Below the pieces are notes generated by a model. The model saw only the letters and a list, made by a program, of their open reading frames with translations, was not told where the DNA came from and made no database searches. DNA of 63,908 bases, counting the filler, from Octopus bimaculoides (lineage: Eukaryota), in the NCBI RefSeq assembly GCF_001194135.2. It is 4 parts of 4 records of this genome, joined end to end, with 100 filler letters (N's around TTAATTAATTAA, not from the genome) between each part and the next. Parts side by side here need not be neighbours in the genome. Positions count along the whole stretch, not along the records: positions 1 to 12,207 come from NC_068981.1; positions 12,308 to 39,207 come from NC_068986.1; 2 more parts are not named here. One strand, written 5' to 3'. Made by a program: the position numbers and the translations under genes. Of the stretch, positions 1 to 14,528 are shown piece by piece. Position 1 is the stretch's first letter; each line of letters begins with the position of its first letter.

Positions 1-46
<46 letters not shown>

Positions 47-1436
47 TGTACACACTCTAACTTCCGTTAATGTAGACTAATTAGTTTGACGGTGCACCGG
101 ATCCTTGTTTATATTTTTGTACAAAAATGAAGATCATTACATCGATTTCAGTGGAACTGCTTAGTTTCGTACGTTTATGTACAATTATGATACTGGCGAT
201 TTTACTGTCTGCTTGATATTCACCTAGTTTTACTTTAACACACACTAAAAGTGGTCATTGTTAGAGAATAAATCAAAGCAACTAAGCGACGAAAAATGAA
301 CAGCTAGGCATTTAACCAATGCAGCTTTCTATCACATTTATTGAATGGTTATATAAAATTCTACTGTTTTCTTTATTGCAAAATAGCTGAAACGTGTTTG
401 AATTTTTAGTCAGAGATGTGAGAGAAAGAGGATTAAACATCATTAATCATTATCTTAAATAATTATATTACTATCGACATAGTTGCCTCTGCTGAACATT
501 GCTAACACCCAATTTCGATAAACAAAAGCAAGATTAAATATCTAAATGTCTGAGATGGTTTCTTCTTAATAAGATTATAATTTCTTGAACTATGAACTTT
601 ATCTTCAGAAAATATATTTACAATATTTTATTTCTGATATTGTGAATATAGACTCTATGCTCGTGCTTAATAGTGCAGAATTTACAATCATATGAAAAAT
701 ACGAAAGTTCGAAAAATTTGTGATGGGTCACCTTACATTGTTTTCACCTCTGCTATATCAACACATTTATGAAGTGGCCTGATGCCGCTGTAGATCTAAA
801 AAAATATTTACATTCTCATATTTTACAACCCTAGAATAAGAAGGTATATCTCAAGTAGTTTTCAGTGCCCACAAAATGCTGATTCTCTTTTCCATTTTGA
901 CAGGTTCTACGATTCGATAAATAATGTAGTAGGAACAGAAAAAAGTAAAAACACTTTTCGTATAAGTGTTTTGGAAGACGTTGAGTTACTGCGTACTTTT
1001 TATACACACATATACCTACGAAACAATCTCTTCCTCTTTTATCTTCAATCTAATATCCCATAAAACAACATATTATCTTCAGCAACTTTCTTTAATATCA
1101 TATTCGGAAATTGCTTCGATTTCGCTTGCTTCGTATACTGAAGAAAGGTAACAGATTTAAATAGAGTTTTGATGGAGAGATATTCTGTATCCTACCACCC
1201 TCACCTTTCGTTGTAACGTCAGACCTCTTACCCCACACACTCGTGTTTTTAGTGTCAGATCTGACTATAATTGCCAGTTATGAAATGTGTTCATAAACAT
1301 ATTAACTGGAAAATTTCGAACGGTAACCCATGAATATAAACCGCTCCAGCATCACAAATAATTGTAACTACAAATAGCAAAGAAATATATTTCATGATGG
1401 TTTCACACATATAAAGATGTCAAATTTTTAGCCATG

Positions 1437-1478
<42 letters not shown>

Positions 1479-1654
1479 NNNNNNNNNNNNNNNNNNNNNN
1501 NNNNNNNNNNNNNNNNNNNNNNNNNNNNNNNNNNNNNNNNNNNNNNNNNNNNNNNNNNNNNNNNNNNNNNNNNNNNNNNNNNNNNNNNNNNNNNNNNNNN
1601 NNNNNNNNNNNNNNNNNNNNNNNNNNNNNNNNNNNNNNNNNNNNNNNNNNNNNN

Positions 1655-1686
<32 letters not shown>

Positions 1687-3159
1687 TATTTCTTACACAT
1701 TCATACACACAAATACACATATTTACCAGTGTACCTCTGTAAAAGTCTCTCAAATGAGACATCTACTTTACAAGTATATTTTGTAGAGAAATGAGTACGT
1801 TTCATCATATAGATATTCAAATAAGATTTTAAATCGTTTGGCAGAGGCAAACGTATGATTCTGTGAATACAATCTTGAGGAAGTATACTGGAATAGAATA
1901 TGAAATAATAAATTTGTAATATATTTTCTCTATAAAGCAATTAGTGTATTTCAGTTTTATAATTTTTTCAGATCAACTGCATTTTTGTCTATATTTTGGT
2001 TAAAAGAATTGCCACCCAGGATGAAAAACTAGTAATTTTTGGCTATGATGTTTCCTGTTACCGAGAACTATATTATCTATTATATCGTTTACTTTTCGAA
2101 GGAACTAAATATGACACGTAATACTGATACTACTTTTATCAAATAGGCTGGTTACCAAGAGACTTCCGTTGTTCTTTTTGGTCTTCGTTATAATTAGAAA
2201 TTGGAGTGGTTGATTGTAAGATATATCTTGAGCTAGACTGGTGTTCAAATGTTTGCAGAGAGAGGGCAAATTATACGCAGAAGGAACTTATTTTATTACT
2301 ATTGGGATTAAATTGTGGTGCACAATATCTATAGTTTCGTTTTCATCTACTTATTGCATGTAGCAGATAGGTGGGCGGAAATATTGATTTAGATAATTGA
2401 AATAATGCTTGATAATGGTAAAACATCTATCATTCAACTACGGTAGTAGTTGAATAATATTCTTAAGGCCGCAATTTACTACACGCAGCATATTTCAGAG
2501 CTTGCCGCTAATTCATGTTCTTAACCTAATGGAAAACCGTTAACGTTTCTGAAGAGGACTGGTCTCTAGCTACATTTCGGCTTAAAAAAATTGAGATTTC
2601 GTCCAGTAGAAAAAAAAGTTTGCATCAAAATCTGTAGCAACGTTATAGGAGAGTAAGTAATGTCACCGTTCATGTTTATATCGAAATAACTTTTTTTCTA
2701 AAGCAAAATATATTGAACTTAGCTTCAATGATAGAAGAAAGTCTGTAGAATTTTATAGTTTGGCCCCAAGCAAAAAAAACTTGTATCAAAAAGTCGTAAG
2801 GTAAAATATCATGATAAAAAATATAAGGCAAACAATTGGATTTAAGTATAATTAACTTTTTTTATTTTAAAAACAAACTATATTTTAATTAATCTTAATA
2901 TGATAGAGCTCAATCCAAGGAATGTCATGGTATCAATCTCATGCAAAGAAGTTTTAAAAGAAAACAGTTATGAGTGTTTGTTTCTCATATTCGAGGGTGA
3001 TAATATAGTTCTATACTTTTTACGAATATAGTTCTAGGAGGCATTTGTTATATGTCACCGGAATCATTGAGGTAAGTAAAAAGTTATCAGCGACACCGCT
3101 AATTGACACATTTGACACATTATTAATTAGCATAATAGCATAGCCTGGAAAAAACATAA

Positions 3160-4045
3160 ATTACATGGAAAAATACGTGCAAGAGAAATAATATTCTTAA
3201 GATTATACATCTAGAAAAGTACAGGTGAAGTTATTATACTTGGAAATGTTCAGGACAATGTATTACGTCTGGTAAAATAGAACAAGAACATTTTTACGTA
3301 AAATATTGCAGCTAAGGCTAAAATTTTAATATCAAACATTATTTGATTTTAATTTAGAAAGTAACATAATAGTTAAAAAAGGTACCATCATTTTGTTAAA
3401 ATATTGTCACACTAGAATAGTTTTAAAAACTATGAACCAGAAGTATCAATATAGCTAAGGTTTTATGCAAAGTGGAATAGTATATATGGCAGGCAAATTC
3501 ATTATGTAAAAAATAGGCGTTTTTCAAGACTAAATGTGTGAAGACTTGACAATAATTCAGGCAATATCTCAAGCTAATTTTACTATAAATTTGTTGTTAT
3601 AGGTAGATGGTATTGTAATATATAACTAATCTTTGTATTATCCTATTTATTGTACTAACTAATTCTGTAATTCTATTATTTTGTATAACCTATTTCAAAA
3701 TTTCTAATTCTAACTTATCAATTGAAAAAAAAATTGTTTTGAAGTGTAAAAAATATTTTGAGTTATGACTTATTTTTAATAGAAGTAAGAAGTAATAACA
3801 AATGAAATTAATAACTTGTAATAAACTGTTTAGTTTAATAAAAGCTAATATTTTCTAATTCTAAATATTTTATTTGAAATTTTATCCTTAGCCGCAGTAT
3901 TTTCAGTAAAAGTTTTCTTGTTCTGTACTTTACCAGATGTAATAACTTGTCCTGAACTTTTCAAAGTGTAGTAACTTGTCTTGTACTTTTCCAGATTTAT
4001 AATCTTAGGAATATTATATCTCTTGCTCGCATTTTTCCATGCAAT
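3160..4045. mobile_element. Old foldback-like element with ~170-bp inverted arms (3160-3327 and 3877-4045)
   Basis: Left arm attacatggaaaaatacgtgcaagagaaataatattc...gctaaggctaaaatttt matches the reverse complement of the right arm at roughly 80%. The arms contain ~30-bp internal sub-repeats (aagttattacatctggaaaagtacaagac-like). No ORF and no clear TSD. Confidence 0.7.
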
Positions 4046-6299
4046 TGAATAATGTAAGACGCAAATCAGGTGTTGGCTATCTATGCTTCGGAAAGCGACT
4101 TACTGAGATGATGTGACCTCATCACATCTGATTATTTCTCGTAAGTAATTTTTCGTAAGTTTCGTAAGTTAGTAAGACTGAAATATTGGTTTGTTTTTAA
4201 TACTCTGTTATGAGTAACAGTCTTTGTGTGTAGTGGACTTATGCTTAGCTGACTTCATAGCATACAGAATTCAACTTCACGTCTTTAATTTGGCTGCTGA
4301 CAACTTTTTGATACATTTAAAAAATAGGAAAAAAAAACGTGCATCATATAATCTGGCAAAGAGGGTGTATATGAGCATGTGTGTCGTTGTGTGTGTCATT
4401 GTGTATATGTGTGTCTGTGTGTGTGAGTCTCTGTGAGAGAGTCTGTATTTGTGCGTGTGAGTGTGTGAGTGTGTATAAATGTGTGTGAGTGTGTATAAGT
4501 GTGTGTGAGTGTGTGCGTGAATCAAGGTATGATTGTGTGTGTGAGAGTATGTGTGTGTGAGTGTGTTTGTGTGTGTGCGTGCATATGTACTAACTGGTAA
4601 ACATAAATCCAAACCAGATTAGAGAGAAACTCATTTAATCGATTGGCAAACACAAAAGCCTGGCAGAGAAAGGATCTAGTTCTTTACACCTCGTGATGTG
4701 TCCATTTGCATCCATTAATATGACGCTAGTTTAGAGTGGTGGCGTTATCGATAGATTAATTATACTTATTTAAGAAAAAACAATAAACATTCAAGAAAAC
4801 CTTTTCTTGTTTTCATAATTCCGTCTCCAGTAATAAAGTCATTTCGACCTCACTTAAGATCTATGTGTTTTCTTTTACTAAATAACGATTACGAGTCCAA
4901 TACCTTAGCCAGTAAGCCATGCGCCTTCACAGGTGTTTATACGTGTATATATGTATATATTATACACACACACACACACACACACACATACACACACACA
5001 CACGTATATAGCTAAAGAGAGAGACAAGTGATACTTATGTCAAAGTAAATTTTGGATGGATGAAATTTTTAAAAAGAAAACGTGGAGACGAAAGCTCTCA
5101 TCTCATGACAGATATCACTGTATCAAAAATCTATATGTAGCCGTGACAACAAATATATTACAACGATTCGGGAATAATCTCATCTGCAGTAATGAGAATA
5201 GTTGGATGAATAGGAAGAAAATACGTTGAAGAGTAAAACTATCGAGAGATACTTGGGGCGAGCAAAAAGGAAGTATGAAAAGTTATAGACAATTAAAAAA
5301 GAAACAACTGGAGTTAGATAACTGGAGGTAGATATTATAAAGTAGAAGGAATAGAAGGAAATGTACTAGTTAGTAGCATCATCATATTTCAGCAGTAACA
5401 GCTGTTGCAGGTATAAAGAAAATGCGGAAAAGAAAAAAAGAGAAAAGAAACGAAAAAAGGAAAATGCAAGTACTGTTAATCATATCTTAACACTGTATCT
5501 TTTTAATATTTTGCGATTTTCTTTTCACGTTATCGCACTCAATTCAGTAAGCTATTTATTCATTATATATTTACATATTTACTTTTATACGAGTATGTCC
5601 ATATTCATCAATTCACATGATACGTTCGCTTCAAGCTTTAACTTTAAGTGTTTTAAATTCCGTGTATTTTACATGAATCTTTTAAATAACAACTCAATAT
5701 TGTGTGTCTTACTATCATTCGAAGAATAGAAACTACAAACAATAAAAGAAAAGAAATGAAATATATAACTGTACTCTTAGTTCTGAGTACATTTACTTCT
5801 TATGCTTACTTTCCTGCATGTTTATATTATAATTTTAAAAAAATGATACAAGCATGAGTGACGAACAATCTGAAGAACAAAATTTTTATGAATATATATA
5901 CGTATATTAATGTAATATATATATATATATATAAATATATGNNNNNNNNNNNNNNNNNNNNNNNNNNNNNNNNNNNNNNNNNNNNNNNNNNNNNNNNNNN
6001 NNNNNNNNNNNNNNNNNNNNNNNNNNNNNNNNNNNNNNNNNNNNNNNNNNNNNNNNNNNNNNNNNNNNNNNNNNNNNNNNNNNNNNNNNNNNNNNNNNNN
6101 NNNNNNNNNNNNNNNNNNNNNNNNNNNNNNNNNNNNNNNNNNNNNNNNNNNNNNNNNNNNNNNNNNNNNNNNNNNNNNNNNNNNNNNNNNNNNNNNNNNN
6201 NNNNNNNNNNNNNNNNNNNNNNNNNNNNNNNNNNNNNNNNNNNNNNNNACTTGACAATTGTAAGCACCTGTGTATGCCAGCTAGTGGTTGAGGTGAAAG

Positions 6300-6392
6300 A
6301 ATAAATTGTAAATCCCCAAAATAACAACAAAAGTACAAAGGATTCTGCGCGCAGAATCCTTTGTATTTTTGTTGTTATTTTTGGGATTTACA

Positions 6393-6399
<7 letters not shown>
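6300..6399. repeat. 100-bp spacerless palindrome
   Basis: 50-bp arms centred on GCGCGC with two mismatches (c/a, g/a). Confidence 0.92.
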
Positions 6400-6424
<25 letters not shown>

Positions 6425-8184
6425 TTGTATGTCCGGGTATCCATCCTTATATGCATACGCACAAATACATATACAGATATATACACTTGTTTTCCTCTAG
6501 CGCTCACAAGAAATATCAACCTTAAAGCACAATGTTTGTCAGGAATAGGAATGTTGATTGGAAATTAAGTAATTAGAAAGAAAGTGATGCAATGAGTTCA
6601 TATATTTATACCTCCTTACAATTTCGAGTTGACAAACTCGACTCAGCAAATCTTACAACAAATAACGAACTGTGATCATCTTTGATCGAGAATGCGCACA
6701 GATACAGAACTAAATGTTTCTCAATACCTGCTATTCCATTGCTTCTCGTTGACGGCAGTACCTGGGCATGAACGGCCATCAGTTTACAAACAGGCATTCA
6801 TAAAAAAAAACAAGAAAATCTCTCTGCAGATTCTATTAAGTTTTGAAAACGAAATGTATGTCAATAAGCACTTATGATATAATTATTCAATGTTATGCAT
6901 ACATTTTTGCAGGCAACTTCCATATTAATTCACATATACATAGTCGTAGCTGATAAATAAATATTTCGCTATTCTGAGTCTGCCGACTGGTGGTAAGTTA
7001 TCCTAGCAGTCTTTGCATGACCATGGTATTTTTGTAGAAGAGGCTAAGACTAAGTGTACTAATTTTTCTTATCTTCTCCACAGATTGCATGATGTGGTTC
7101 TTATTACTATCAAGTACATAGCACGTATTACTGCCACTGTGTTGGTTGGCTAATAATGTTTGTACACGTACTCGAATGCTTCATAATAAATCCATGACTT
7201 TGTTACTTACTAATTAGATGTCGATTAAACTTTTCATTTATGAAATGCAAAATATTTGAATATATCAAAATATGTCTGATGTATTAGACATTTTCCAATA
7301 TGTCACAGTTTCTTTTAATGATTCAATATGTGTTAGATATTTTCTTGATATATCGAAAAAAGTCCTCTTTCTGGTCTATTGAAAATTTCTTCACATTTTG
7401 AATTGATATAGCGAACGACATTTTCTACCGAAATCGAAGCATTTCGATATTTAACTGCTTGTATTTTAAAGGGCGATGACGAACGTATTGCTGAGAATAT
7501 AGGCAAGATAAAAACCATTATGGCAGTGATCATGATGATGATGGTAATGATGATGATGATGATGTTGATGATGTGATAATGTTGACGATGATAATATGGA
7601 GAACTATAACATCAAGAATGACATCAACGACAATAATGAAGATTTGTCATTATCATCTTTATCATCATCATCATCATCATCATAGTCCTGATGATAATGA
7701 CGACGACACTGATTTCATGAGAACGTCCGTTTGCTTTTAGATGCGGCATGAAAGTAGTTATATTCCTTCTTTTGTCACTCATCTCACAAGGCCATGGTCT
7801 ACTCAATATACCTAATCATTCGAAATACATACCTGTGTACGAGAAGCAATTTGAATACACACTGCGTTTATTTAGACACCGATAACACAATCTATCTTGT
7901 ATAATGATTCTGAATTGCTTAAATTTGTTTCACATTATATTTCTGTATGGTACATGATGAATTAATTGTCCCGTAAGTACACTACCAGTTGTTATAGCTG
8001 TGAACTTAGATTAGATTATTTTAGCGGAATCAATACTGTTGAATGCTATATTCATAAGCAGAGATTCACTGAACACTGTAAGTTGATGAAGGAGTTTATA
8101 ATTTCAAAGCATATTGACTGCATTTGACAGTTGAGTGACTTTCTATTCTCTCTCATATCTTTTCACTCTTACTTGCTTATGACG

Positions 8185-8330
8185 GCCTAATAAAGGTGAT
8201 GACAGCGTCGATCCAGGACATTTTTCCTTCTCCACCCCTACACATCGTTTCACATGGGCGCGGACGTTGCTGATAAGACCGATACGAGCAAAGCCTGTGG
8301 TTGTGACGGCAAATCCTCTGGTTCTGACTG
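8185..8330 (-). pseudogene. Fossil 3' end of an RTE/BovB-like LINE (C-terminal zinc finger)
   Basis: Minus strand reads ICRHNHR in one frame and then FARIGLISNVRAH in another. This resembles the RTE terminal finger CxxC...F.ARIGLISH.RxH. It is a GC-rich island in AT-rich DNA. Confidence 0.5.
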
Positions 8331-9435
8331 CACCGAAAGTGACCTCAGCCAGCAACCATAAGATAGAAATTTATTTCTCTATTTTCTTTTGAATCTCATT
8401 ACTCTTATGTGTTCACGTGGAATACACTTTCGCAAACTCTCCTTTGAAAAAATGCATTTCCATGATCAGAATTGTGATGTGTTATACATTAATTCTGTGT
8501 TATTCTCATTCATTTTCCAGAAAGTGGAGTGATATTTTGGTTTCGAAGTCTAACTCTAATGGCAGCAAAATATATCCGCAGATGTTAACGTACAAGTCAG
8601 AATAATAAATATTGTGATAGTGTCCTTTTTTGAGCATTCATTAGTTTCTTACGCTCGATATTCTGAATGTATTAATACTAACTTAACTGATTAAGTAATA
8701 ATTAAATTGACAACGAGTACAACATATTAACACAAATATTAATCACAAAATTCACCTTGTCGTTAGGTGATCGGTGGAGAGGAAACCTTTACGGAGTTAA
8801 TTAATTTTAAATACGATTGAATGATCTAAAATCACATTTAGACGACAATTTCATGATGAGATTTATCTAATTAAGAAACATTATTTGGAAAGAATTTCTC
8901 TTCGAACGCCGACATATAACCATGAAATATATTTTCATTGATGTCATATTTGACAACTGAATTTGAAAATCATTTTCTTTGTTCAAATAAATCGTGTTTT
9001 AGGGGAAATTTTTATAATCCTATCAGATTATAAAATGAATAAACCAACACTACATTTGTCAATCAAACCTGTTGGATTATTATTTTCTTTTAGCTTTTAG
9101 GTTCAACATCGAGACTGAAAATTCTGATTAGAGGACAATAAAATATAAAGCTGTTGGTTTAAAGGGTTGATATTAAATCTAGATTAAAATAAGCAATAAG
9201 TTTGATATTATCATCGTTATCATAGCACCTAAAGAAAAATATAATTATGGACAGAAATGAACCATGCATGTAGGGTTACATTATGTAAATAAGGTATCTT
9301 GACAAAGATAAGATCCGAGTGCTTTTGGAATGCCAGCTATTTATGTGTGTATGTGTCTGAACGAATGTGTGTGTTTGAGTATGTATGAATGAATATGTCT
9401 GTGTACATATATAAATACATACACCCAAAGACCCC

Positions 9436-9487
<52 letters not shown>

Positions 9488-9890
9488 NNNNNNNNNNNNN
9501 NNNNNNNNNNNNNNNNNNNNNNNNNNNNNNNNNNNNNNNNNNNNNNNNNNNNNNNNNNNNNNNNNNNNNNNNNNNNNNNNNNNNNNNNNNNNNNNNNNNN
9601 NNNNNNNNNNNNNNNNNNNNNNNNNNNNNNNNNNNNNNNNNNNNNNNNNNNNNNNNNNNNNNNNNNNNNNNNNNNNNNNNNNNNNNNNNNNNNNNNNNNN
9701 NNNNNNNNNNNNNNNNNNNNNNNNNNNNNNNNNNNNNNNNNNNNNNNNNNNNNNNNNNNNNNNNNNNNNNNNNNNNNNNNNNNNNNNNNNNNNNNNNNNN
9801 NNNNNNNNNNNNNNNNNNNNNNNNNNNNNNNNNNNNNNNNNNNNNNNNNNNNNNNNNNNNNNNNNNNNNNNNNNNNNNNNNNNNNNNNNN

Positions 9891-9933
<43 letters not shown>

Positions 9934-10704
9934 TATACAAAACATGTTTTACTTGGAGAATGGTTGAACACTACATTAAACAACCTCTCAGATCCTGTTC
10001 GAGTCAATGTCTCTGTGTACTGAAGTTTTGATTGACACCAAAAATAGAACATCTCCATATTAAATAATAAAAGTTCCCATTATTTTACCAAACCACTATA
10101 TTATATGTGTGTGTATGTGTGTTTGCAAAGCGTATGTGGGTTTGCGCGCGCATATATGTGTGAGTGTGTGTCTGTAGGTATGTATGTATATACGTATATG
10201 TATGTATGTATGAATGTATGTATGTAAACGAATCAAAGCTCCTTCCGGAACCCAAGGTTCATAAGACCGGTCTCTGGAGTCTCTGGCCTGTATATTCACC
10301 TCCGGAACGAGACACAGGTCCGGCGCCTAATTACTCATTTTAACTAGCTGAATGTAGTAGAACAACGTTAAATGAAATGTTTTTGTGAATAATACAACCC
10401 GTCGCCCGCTCTAGGTATGGAAATCAAAATAGTACCACCAAGTGTGCAACACATTTACATCTAAACCACACTCCTCACACTCACACAGTCTCACTCGCAA
10501 ACAAATACACACAAGCGAGCGCGTACTTTCATTTATAAAACATGGAAACGATGGAAATATAACAATCGCATTAAAAATAGGCAAGATGAGTCTTGGGGGT
10601 TGGATTGCGGAATGCACAGTGTTGGGAAGGTAGTATTTTTTTTTTGTCATATACAGTAGTACCTNNNNNNNNNNNNNNNNNNNNNNNNNNNNNNNNNNNN
10701 NNNN

Positions 10705-10769
<65 letters not shown>

Positions 10770-12207
10770 CACATATACAAAGCATGATTTGTTGGTGATC
10801 AGTGGCGTTCGTAAACCGAGATACTACTATATGAGAAAGGCAGGAGATAAAGTACGATTTATTCGTGATCAAAGTTGTTCGAAAACCGAGATTCTTATGC
10901 ATTTATTTATTTATTAGAAATGTATTTCATTTATTTCCAATTCACGTAAATCAAAATGATATCAGTGAATCAAAATTGAAAACTTATTTTTGTACGTGAG
11001 TGTATTAGATGCAGACAGGTGCTTGGATTTCTCTTTGTAGTAGCATAAATGAAACACGAATGACGTGTATGAATCAATCAAATATATGGCATAAGCGAAA
11101 GGTATATACGAAAATTGGTGTTTTATTTTACACGACACATGTATTTTTCGGCATTTAAATAATCTGTATAATCATCGTATATCTGAACTCTTGGACATCA
11201 AAATCGAAATAGCTAACCATGTAATGTGTAGTGAGTAATGAAATGTTTTTACTTGCTCCAGTATGCTGATATATCACTACTTCAAGGAAGGACAAGTAAA
11301 GAAGCTGTACATTTTTTTTTCTTTTTGCGGAATATTGCTGATGTGAAAATCATAGAAATCCGTAAACCATATTTAGAGGAAAAAATATAATGAAAATTAC
11401 CATGGTGATGGGGAGAAGAAACTGAATTTATGAAAAGAACTGAATTCTTACGGAATCCTAACTATTGCGTTTTTGAAGAATGCTAATCGGATTTCATAAT
11501 GAAAAAGAAGAGAGTATATCGAAAGTATGCATACATATGAAAATTTACTATGGGGAGATAATGATAAGTACGAAAGAGGATCAAATTTGTGTATGTATGT
11601 TTGTGAGTGGAGGAGAAAGAGAGAAAGGGATATAGAAAACATGCTTATTTGCTAATATGACAAGATATTTTGTAAAATGGAAATGTTTGGAATATGTTAT
11701 AATTAGCGACATTTAAGAAAAAGTGAACATTTATGGGGATAAAAACAAAACTTTAAATTAGTTAAAGCTGGATACGAAATCAGTGAATGTGTAGTGAAAG
11801 CGTACTTAGAGATATGATATTATTCTCAGCAAAGGGACACACAAATTGCTCAGTGCGAATCTGTATTTAAGAAGACTATACATTTAAAGACACAAATCAT
11901 TGAATCATAACTTTATTAAAAACGAATATTCATGGAATCTCATTCGCAAATATTGGCAACGAGCGTGAAATGAGGACGTTTCATTTTTGATAAGTTTACT
12001 GTTAATGATCTTCGACCTAACAGCAAAACAACGGTTGTGGATTGCCTGTGGAGAATGGAAAGAGAATGTTAAAAAAAAACGAATAAAAGAAATGAAAATT
12101 TATAAGGAAGTGAATATTGACAATATTTAGAAATCATAGAGAATAGACAAGGAATATTTTGTTATTGTTCCTGAAGGCATTATTGATGATGGAGGAACAC
12201 ATGTATG

Positions 12208-12307
12208 NNNNNNNNNNNNNNNNNNNNNNNNNNNNNNNNNNNNNNNNNNNNTTAATTAATTAANNNNNNNNNNNNNNNNNNNNNNNNNNNNNNNNNNNNN
12301 NNNNNNN
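12208..12307. other. Artificial 100-bp scaffold join (44 N + TTAATTAATTAA + 44 N)
   Basis: The 12-mer at 12252-12263 is flanked by exactly 44 N on each side. The same layout recurs three times, and the 12-mer encodes stops in all six frames. Confidence 0.95.
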
Positions 12308-12659
12308 ATATATATATATATATATATACATATGCATATATATGTAGGTATGTACATATATGTACGTATATGAGCATATATTTATATATTATTTAATTAT
12401 TTATATTATATATACACACACACTCATATACATGCATGTATATATGTATGCTTAGCATCATCATCATTCCCTTTTTTCATGTTGCCAACACGTTCAACCA
12501 CCTCTTATAATGCACAGGGATATACTTACCTATTCTGAATCAAACAATATTCACAATATCATAATATTATTATGAAACTGAGATACACATGTATATGTAA
12601 TTCATCTATTTATCTATTTCTCTCACTCCCTCTCTCTCTCTTTCTCTTTCTCTCTCTCT

Positions 12660-12729
<70 letters not shown>

Positions 12730-12856
12730 GAAACACTTGTAAACACATGAAATAAATATTTTTTGTGTTTCACTTCTACTAAATTAATTATACATACATT
12801 TATGTATTATTATGTTTATATATATTTGTATAATGTACATATATATCTATTTGCCA

Positions 12857-12899
<43 letters not shown>

Positions 12900-13634
12900 C
12901 ATATATACATATATATACATAAATATATAGACATGTATACCTATATATGCACATACTCACACATATATACTCACACACCACACACATACGTACATACACA
13001 CATACATACATACATACATACATACATACATACATACATACATACATACATACATACATACATACATACATACACATATACACATATACATACCTGTCCA
13101 CTCAGAGAATTACTTCCATTCTCATTCCTGTCAGTTTCATTATTCCGAATTAATCTATAAGCCATCTTACTTTATTTACATTACTATTTTTCTATATGCT
13201 TTGGATTGGATTTGTTGGAAGTTAGTTGTTCTCTTGTCCAAAGAAAGAAGTGGTGTGTCCCACTAGGGAAAGTTATCTCAGATCAGCAGGAAAAAAACAG
13301 ATGAAAATATTAGTGCAGTTAACAAATAAGGTGTGTTCTGGAATCCTCAATTTGCAATCATAGCAGTTTTTTTTAAATTTTATTTTATAAATATATGAAT
13401 GTATTCTTGATTTTATATATTTATTTGGTTGTTCAATTATATATTCTGTTCATATTTCTTTTAAAAAAATTATGTATTAATTTGTTTATAGACTTTTTCA
13501 TTTTTTGTATCAGATGATGAATTGTTCATATAGAACTATTGTTTTTGCAGATATCAAGATATTAATTGAAAGAAAGTATGTTTGAGTGGAGGAAAGAAAG
13601 GAGGAGGGAGCGTGTATGTGACAGAGTGTACATA

Positions 13635-13669
<35 letters not shown>

Positions 13670-14036
13670 AGGTGTGTTTTTATACACGTGTGAGTGTGTG
13701 CATTCATATCTATGTTTTGGTGGTTTTTGAGGGTATTTTTTGTTTTAATATTTCTCCCTTGCATTGACTTTTTTGTATCTCTTTTCTGTGACTTAGTGTA
13801 GAAGAAACATCATTATTGCCTTAGGGTTTCCAAAAACTTTCACTGAATCAAGATTAAAACTTGTTGATATCATAAAAGGAAATAGTGAAGATTAGAAGGA
13901 TGGCGATGCATCTATATGAGAGAATATCATTATGGGAGAAAATGAAGATAAGATGGAGTCATAGAAACTGTGTATTGTAAAGTACAAGGTTGATTCAGAA
14001 ACAAGTGAAAAGTTATTTAAATTATTTTCTTATAGG

Positions 14037-14315
14037 TACAGGCATGGTTGCATGGTTAAGAAGTTAGCTTTGCAACCATGTCATTTCAGGTTCAGTCCCA
14101 TTCTGTAGCACTTTGGGCAAGTGTCTTCTATTATAACCCTGGGCTGATCAATGTCTTGTGAATGAATTTGGAAGTTGGAAACTGTTTAGAAGCCCATCTT
14201 GTGTGTGTGTGTGTGTGTGTGTGTGTATTTGTGCACATGTATGTGTGTGTGTATTTGGGTACATGTATGTGTGTTCTTTTATTTTTGTTCTCTACCATCA
14301 CTTGACAACCTGTCA
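14037..14315 (+). mobile_element. tRNA-head SINE (abundant family; related copies ~14636-15045 +, ~16703-16858 -, ~24725-24870 +, ~36660-36800 -, ~60785-60915 +)
   Basis: B-box-like ggttcagtccca followed by the shared core ctttgggcaagtgtcttctattata, recurring across the window. Confidence 0.75.
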
Positions 14316-14402
14316 ACCATGCCAACATAGAGTAGATTCTGCTAAAGGTACCCAAGATATCAGGAAGGGGTGTTAAATCAGATGTTGGGTTAAGATTACC
14401 AG

Positions 14403-14528
14403 CACTAGTGTAGCTAGAGGTGGGGATGCAGTCCATCCCAAGTGACACTTTTATTGGGGCAGCACTGCTGTAGGCAATATGTATTTTTTGTTGGGGCCCA
14501 GGGGCAGCACACTCCAGCTATGCTAGTG
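14403..14528. mobile_element. 126-bp MITE, probably hAT (Tip100-like)
   Basis: 17-bp TIRs cactagtgtagctagag / ctccagctatgctagtg (3 mismatches). The putative 8-bp TSD is degenerate (attaccag vs acttccaa). Confidence 0.55.

Noticed and set aside
570-612. Minus-strand CUGAAGA...GAAAUUAUAAUC hammerhead-like motif
   Set aside because: There is no stem I or stem II pairing.
8143-8355. GC-rich ORF with a downstream gtaag as a host exon
   Set aside because: It is better explained as a frameshifted RTE C-terminal zinc-finger fossil, and there is no ATG or acceptor in frame.
12252-12263. TTAATTAATTAA repeated three times as a possible regulatory motif
   Set aside because: It is always inside identical 44-N flanks and is a six-frame-stop assembly linker.
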